DNA of 63,814 bases, filler included, from Limisphaerales bacterium (GTDB taxonomy: Bacteria > Verrucomicrobiota > Verrucomicrobiia > Limisphaerales > SIBE01), in NCBI GenBank assembly GCA_044225505.1. It is 3 parts of 3 records of this genome, joined end to end, with 100 filler letters (N's around TTAATTAATTAA, not from the genome) between each part and the next. Parts side by side here need not be neighbours in the genome. Positions count along the whole stretch, not along the records: positions 47,914 to 63,814 come from JBGAIN010000182.1; 2 more parts are not named here. One strand, written 5' to 3'. The translations under genes were made by a program, and so were the position numbers. Positions within the stretch are counted from its first letter, which is position 1. Every line of letters starts with the position of its first letter. The notes below the pieces were generated by a model. That model saw only the letters and a list, made by a program, of their open reading frames with translations. It did not search any database and had not been told where the DNA came from. Below, piece after piece: positions 59,774-63,814 of the stretch.

Positions 59774-60876
59774 GGTTGAGCAGACGGAGTTTGAGAGCCA
59801 CGAGCGGCGGGAAACGCGTGACCTCTTCGACGATTAATCTCTTTGCGACTTCGGCCCACGTAATCACGCAACTCCTCCAATCCAAACTGTTTTGCCAACG
59901 CGCGAGCGCTGACACCAGGACGCGCCGCCCGCAGGACATACCAGGATTCCCGTTCCATGTATTTCTCGAGCGCCACGTTCGCACCTTGAGCCCGAAGAAA
60001 TGCAGGAATATCGTTGAAATTGGAATGGTAAATCCCTCGGTCCAAGTCCAAAACGCATCGGGCCGACAGGATGCCATTCTCGCGTGCATCGAGGAGTTTC
60101 TCGCCCGTGAGGTCGAAGACCTGGGAATCGCCCGTGTGGGTAGCAGTGACGATGTAATAGTGGTGCAGCAAGGCATAGGCGCGCAGCTGTTCGCCAGCGG
60201 AGTAAGCGCTGGGCCAAGCCACGATCTCGGCACCATCATCCGCGAGTTCCTGCCAAACCTCCGGAAAATTGACATCGAAACAGATGGCAACGCCCAAACG
60301 GCCAAAGTCGGCTTCAAAGACGGGCGCTCTCCGGCCGGGAACCACCGGCTGGTGGAGATCGTACTCGCTCCAATAAGGAAACACCTTGTCGTAACGACCG
60401 ACGATTCGGCCTGCTCGATCAATAAGTATAGCGCTGTTGAATCGACCGTCCGCACGTTGGACATCGAGGGGGGTGAGAATGTAGGTGTGATATTTCTTGG
60501 ACAATCCTGCCAAGGAGCGAACGGTGCGCCCCTCTTCCGGTTCCATGCTCTGGTCATTCTGCCCTAGCCACGTCTCTGGCAACACGATGAGATCTGTCCC
60601 CTGTTGCGCTTGACTCTCGACGACCGAGAGGATTTCAGTCAGGGAACGCCCCGGACGAAAGGAAAGGCTGACCACGCGAACAGGTCTTCCCAGAAGGTTA
60701 GGACCGAACGTCGAGGCTGCAGGGAACACAGCGGCCCCCGCGGCTGGACGAGTGACCGTGCAACTTAAAAACGCCAACGTCCACACCGCCAGAAAAGCGG
60801 TAACGGGCCAGAACGTTACGGGCATTGGCTTAGGTCGAACTTGCGGCTGAGCTGGCGATGAGCCGGCAATTCTCAT
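59770..60876 (-). CDS. Carbon-nitrogen hydrolase (nitrilase superfamily), probably an exported lipoprotein
   Basis: Triad LPE / YDK / ICFD; N-terminal hydrophobic stretch ending LAFLSC. Confidence 0.88.
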   Translation of the reverse strand: MRIAGSSPAQPQVRPKPMPVTFWPVTAFLAVWTLAFLSCTVTRPAAGAAVFPAASTFGPNLLGRPVRVVSLSFRPGRSLTEILSVVESQAQQGTDLIVLPETWLGQNDQSMEPEEGRTVRSLAGLSKKYHTYILTPLDVQRADGRFNSAILIDRAGRIVGRYDKVFPYWSEYDLHQPVVPGRRAPVFEADFGRLGVAICFDVNFPEVWQELADDGAEIVAWPSAYSAGEQLRAYALLHHYYIVTATHTGDSQVFDLTGEKLLDARENGILSARCVLDLDRGIYHSNFNDIPAFLRAQGANVALEKYMERESWYVLRAARPGVSARALAKQFGLEELRDYVGRSRKEINRRRGHAFPAARGSQTPSAQP

Positions 60877-60982
60877 GGCTCAAGAGAATCAAACGGGAGG
60901 AGAGTTCTCGGCTGCAAGTTAGGCCGAACGGATTTCACGCAGGCATTTTGGCAAACGTCAGGTCTTTGTCCATTCATTCCCC

Positions 60983-61014
60983 AAAAGAAAAAGCGGGCAT
61001 CTCACGATGCCCGC
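60983..61014 (-). terminator. Rho-independent terminator
   Basis: Minus strand GCGGGCATC-GTGA-GATGCCCGC-TTTTTCTTTT. Confidence 0.8.
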
Positions 61015-61121
61015 CCAACCCAAACAACCAAACTCCTCCTTTGCCCAAGACGGGCGGAGGATTTTCGAACGGTGAGCAGGACTGCTCCTGCTCCAATGCA
61101 ACCAAACTACCTCGTTCAGAC
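60983..61121 (-). ncRNA. Candidate ECF-dependent small RNA with two AGUUUGGUUG boxes
   Basis: About 139 nt between an ECF-type promoter and a terminator. Two internal hairpins; AGTTTGGTTG at 61099-61108 and 61025-61034. Confidence 0.5.
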
Positions 61122-61126
61122 GGTAT

Positions 61127-61151
61127 AACGCCTGAACATGTTCAAAGTTTC
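61127..61151 (-). promoter_or_regulatory. ECF-sigma-type promoter motif
   Basis: GAAAC-N16-CGTT. The spacer contains the perfect palindrome TGAACATGTTCA (61133-61144). Confidence 0.5.
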
Positions 61152-61329
61152 GGCTGAAAATCTTCCGCCCTTCTATGACGTTGAAGTCCTTCCCGCGCAT
61201 GAGACGCAGCTGGTGGAACGAGGGTTACACTCGAGCTACACTCGAGCTGCAATGCCCGTAGAATTCCTTCCGGCGTCAGCGAAAACACACTCTTGGGTCC
61301 GAGCGAGCTTTCGCTTACCCTTTGGTCGC

Positions 61330-62193
61330 ATGAAAATCATCACCGACCCACGATGCGTCGAGTACTCCCGTCCAGGTCATCCCGAACGGCCACAGCGCAT
61401 CAGCCGCACCGTTGAGAAACTGCGGGAGCAGAAAGCTCTGACGATTGATTGGGCGGAACCGTTGGCCGTGAAAGAAACAAGCATCCTTAGGGCTCACACA
61501 CGGGAACACCTTAGCCACCTGAAAGGGTCAACCCATGATTTTGATGCGGATACGCCTGCCTATCCTCAGATTCTGGAGCATGCCATTCGCTCGGCGGGAG
61601 GTGCGTTACACGCCCTGAAAGCAGCGCGCGAAGGAGTTTCGGCGTTTAGTTTGCTCCGGCCGCCCGGGCACCACGCCACTCGCAATCAGGCGATGGGCTT
61701 TTGCTTTCTCAACTCCATTGCCATAGCGACGTTAGAAGCTTTGGCGACGGGCACGAAGCGAGTCGCGGTATTGGATTTCGACGTGCATCACGGCAATGGA
61801 ACGGAAGCCATTTTGATGGGTCGCGAGGATTGTATCTATGTTTCGGTTCACCAATACCCGGCTTATCCAGGCACAGGAACTCATTCGCAAAAGAACGCTT
61901 ACAATTTTCCCGTGCCGCCAGGTTCGACTCGTCCAACCTACCGGGAAGCCTTGGATAAAGCTTTTGATGAACTCAATCGTTTCGATCCCGACCTGATCGC
62001 CGTCTCGGCCGGTTTTGACGCGTACAGCCGTGATCCGCTCAGCGACGAGCCGCTGGAAGCAGAAGATTTTCTCTGGTTGGGCGAAAGGATCCGGAAGTTC
62101 GGCGTGACCGCCTTTAGTATCTTGGAAGGCGGGTACAGTCCTGACTTACCGGAGCTTGTTCTAGCTTACCTCCAAGGCCTTGCCGGAAAGTGA
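61330..62193 (+). CDS. Histone deacetylase family protein
   Basis: HPERPQR, RPPGHHA, DFDVHHGNGT, SAGFDA, LEGGY. Confidence 0.93.
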   Translation: MKIITDPRCVEYSRPGHPERPQRISRTVEKLREQKALTIDWAEPLAVKETSILRAHTREHLSHLKGSTHDFDADTPAYPQILEHAIRSAGGALHALKAAREGVSAFSLLRPPGHHATRNQAMGFCFLNSIAIATLEALATGTKRVAVLDFDVHHGNGTEAILMGREDCIYVSVHQYPAYPGTGTHSQKNAYNFPVPPGSTRPTYREALDKAFDELNRFDPDLIAVSAGFDAYSRDPLSDEPLEAEDFLWLGERIRKFGVTAFSILEGGYSPDLPELVLAYLQGLAGK

Positions 62194-62220
62194 TTCTGGG
62201 CGAGGCGAGAAGAATGGCCG

Positions 62221-62670
62221 TCAATGTTTTGGCCGGAGGATAATGGCTTTACGGTCGGTGCCCTCGACCTCAACGCTATGGGTCTCCACGGACGGGTCGT
62301 CTTTGAGCGCGTTATGAACGATCCGACGATCGAAGGCATTCAACGGTTCAAGCTCCACAATATCTCCCCAGCGCCGGACCTTTTCGGCAGCGTCTTTGGC
62401 TTTTCGGACTAAGGCCTCCCGGGCTTGAGAGCGATAGCCACCGACGTCGACCGTGACTTTAGGGGCATTAGGGTCCTGCCGAAAAAGCAACCGGTTGGTC
62501 ACATATTGCAGTTCGCTCAAGGTTTGCCCTTGGCGACCGATGAGCCGGCCAGGATCGTCGGTCTTGACGTCCAGGAGAAGCCCATCGTCCATGGCGTGTT
62601 CTTCGACCATCGGTTCGAAGCCCAGAGTCTGTAGAATTCGCTCCAGAATTGCTTTCGGTTGTTCTGACAT
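62221..62670 (-). CDS. jag: Jag/KhpB-like KH-R3H RNA-binding protein
   Basis: GRLIGRQGQTL..LQY, VDVGGYR, FDRRIVHNAL; downstream of yidC. Confidence 0.88.
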   Translation of the reverse strand: MSEQPKAILERILQTLGFEPMVEEHAMDDGLLLDVKTDDPGRLIGRQGQTLSELQYVTNRLLFRQDPNAPKVTVDVGGYRSQAREALVRKAKDAAEKVRRWGDIVELEPLNAFDRRIVHNALKDDPSVETHSVEVEGTDRKAIILRPKH

Positions 62671-62713
62671 AAACTTGGGTTCGGGTTTGTGATGATGAAG
62701 CGCGGGAGCTGCC

Positions 62714-63814
62714 TCAGGAGGGCCGCTTCTTTTTCGGAGCGAACCGCTTGGCGCCCTCCGGTCCCTTTCCTACTGCGGCTGCCGCCGGTTCTTTGCTCTT
62801 GGTCAGCTTCATCTGGGCAATCGTTAGCAGGTTCTGGACAGTCCAGTAAAGCGTTAACCCCGCCGAGAAGTTGTATAAGAAGACCATGAACATCAGAGGC
62901 ATGTACTTCATCATCTTCTGCTGAACCGGGTCCATTCCCGGAGACGGAGGCGTCAAGCGCGCTTGCCAAAGCATGGTCGCGCCCATCACCAACGGCAACG
63001 GATTAATCGGAAAATTAAGCCCTGGGAGAACGAAGAGAGTATCCGGCTGGGATAGATCACAGGCCCACAGGAATCGCGCGCCCCGTAATTCGATCGCGCT
63101 TTGCAGCATCCGATAGAAACCGAAAAAGACAGGGATTTGCAGCAGCATTGGCAGGCATCCGCCGAGAGGACTGACCTTGTTTTCCCGCATGAACTCCATC
63201 AGTTTGGCATTCATCTTCCGAGGGTCGTCCTTGTACTTCTCCTGCAACGCTTTCATTTGCGGCTGCAACTCTTGCATGCGCTTCATCGAGCGGGTGCTTG
63301 CCTTGGTCAGAGGCCAGAAGCAGAGTTTGATCACTACGGTAATGACAATGATGGCCAATCCGTAGGGCAAGGCCAGTGCGTGCAGGCCATTCATGGAGAG
63401 GAGTAACGCTTTGGCGAAAAAGCCAAAGAAACCCCCAAAGCCCATCACCAAATCGAGATTATTCGGCAGGCGAGCGAGGGTGTTGTATTCCTTGGGCCCG
63501 GCATAAACATCGAACTGCCGCTCCACAACATCATTCGTTGCCAGCACCAACGGCGGATAAAGGAACGCCGCTTCGAAACCATGGGGATTGGCCAGGACTT
63601 TCGAGTCGGCGGCGCGCTGTTCCGTGGTCGGTGGAGGCAAGGCCACTTTGCGGCCAACCAGCTGCGGAGCGGGTTTGGCGGGCACCGCTACTACCGTAAA
63701 GAACTGATTGTGAACAGCACCCCAAACGACGTTGCTTGAGCCGCCGGCAAACTGAGTGCGCGGTCGGCCTGGAATGCAACCCAGCGTCCGATTCGCAAAC
63801 CATGTATCGTCAAC
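62714..63814 (-). CDS. yidC: Membrane protein insertase YidC (5'-partial)
   Basis: YGLAIIVITVVIK, SMKRMQ.LQPQ, GGCLPMLLQIPVF, DLSQPD, GLTLYWTVQN. The frame stays open to the window end. Confidence 0.96.
   Translation of the reverse strand, partial: VDDTWFANRTLGCIPGRPRTQFAGGSSNVVWGAVHNQFFTVVAVPAKPAPQLVGRKVALPPPTTEQRAADSKVLANPHGFEAAFLYPPLVLATNDVVERQFDVYAGPKEYNTLARLPNNLDLVMGFGGFFGFFAKALLLSMNGLHALALPYGLAIIVITVVIKLCFWPLTKASTRSMKRMQELQPQMKALQEKYKDDPRKMNAKLMEFMRENKVSPLGGCLPMLLQIPVFFGFYRMLQSAIELRGARFLWACDLSQPDTLFVLPGLNFPINPLPLVMGATMLWQARLTPPSPGMDPVQQKMMKYMPLMFMVFLYNFSAGLTLYWTVQNLLTIAQMKLTKSKEPAAAAVGKGPEGAKRFAPKKKRPS

Noticed and set aside
59589..60557. 322-aa alternative-frame ORF on the same strand as the nitrilase
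   Set aside because: Ser/Arg/Pro-rich off-frame translation with no motif; the nitrilase frame holds the catalytic triad.
61138..61329. 64-aa N-terminal extension of the HDAC ORF
   Set aside because: The family-like sequence starts at MKIITDP (61330), and the extension overlaps the divergent promoter region.

Overview
Bacterial DNA, most likely Verrucomicrobiota. This is inferred from a VPDSG-CTERM protein, a DUF1501/PPC/cytochrome c-WD40 cluster and an ECF sigma factor paired with a Ser/Thr kinase. The window is three contigs joined by artificial N44-TTAATTAATTAA-N44 linkers (23914-24013 and 47814-47913), so gene order across the linkers means nothing. Contig 1: a four-gene two-component cluster, a 274-bp MITE, tRNA-Leu(GAG), moeB-nusB-PHP-ftsY-ribD-ribE, PNP, a PfkB kinase, a frameshifted UbiE-like methyltransferase, an FAD monooxygenase, ECF plus STK-WD40, REP-like repeats and a RAYT remnant. 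Contig 2: CotH, an amber-interrupted aldo/keto reductase, an Ehr (Ni-less Hyf-like) complex operon flanked by Zn-ribbon, PTS-IIA and SulP genes behind a sigma54-type motif, PGM, and a DUF1501 cluster. Contig 3: sugar oxidoreductase/isomerase, PRC and BON stress proteins, an aminotransferase, a five-gene catabolic operon of unknown substrate, an HDAC-like enzyme, jag and yidC. The most novel-looking signal is two unannotated minus-strand transcription units with a promoter motif, no real ORF, GU-rich UUGGUUG/GUUUGG tracts and an intrinsic terminator (about 6910-7005, sigma54-type; about 60983-61121, ECF-type). Their GU tracts are complementary to CA-rich stretches just upstream of several start codons in the window, suggesting a candidate GcvB-like sRNA family. 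All calls come from reading motifs by eye; no database searches were run.
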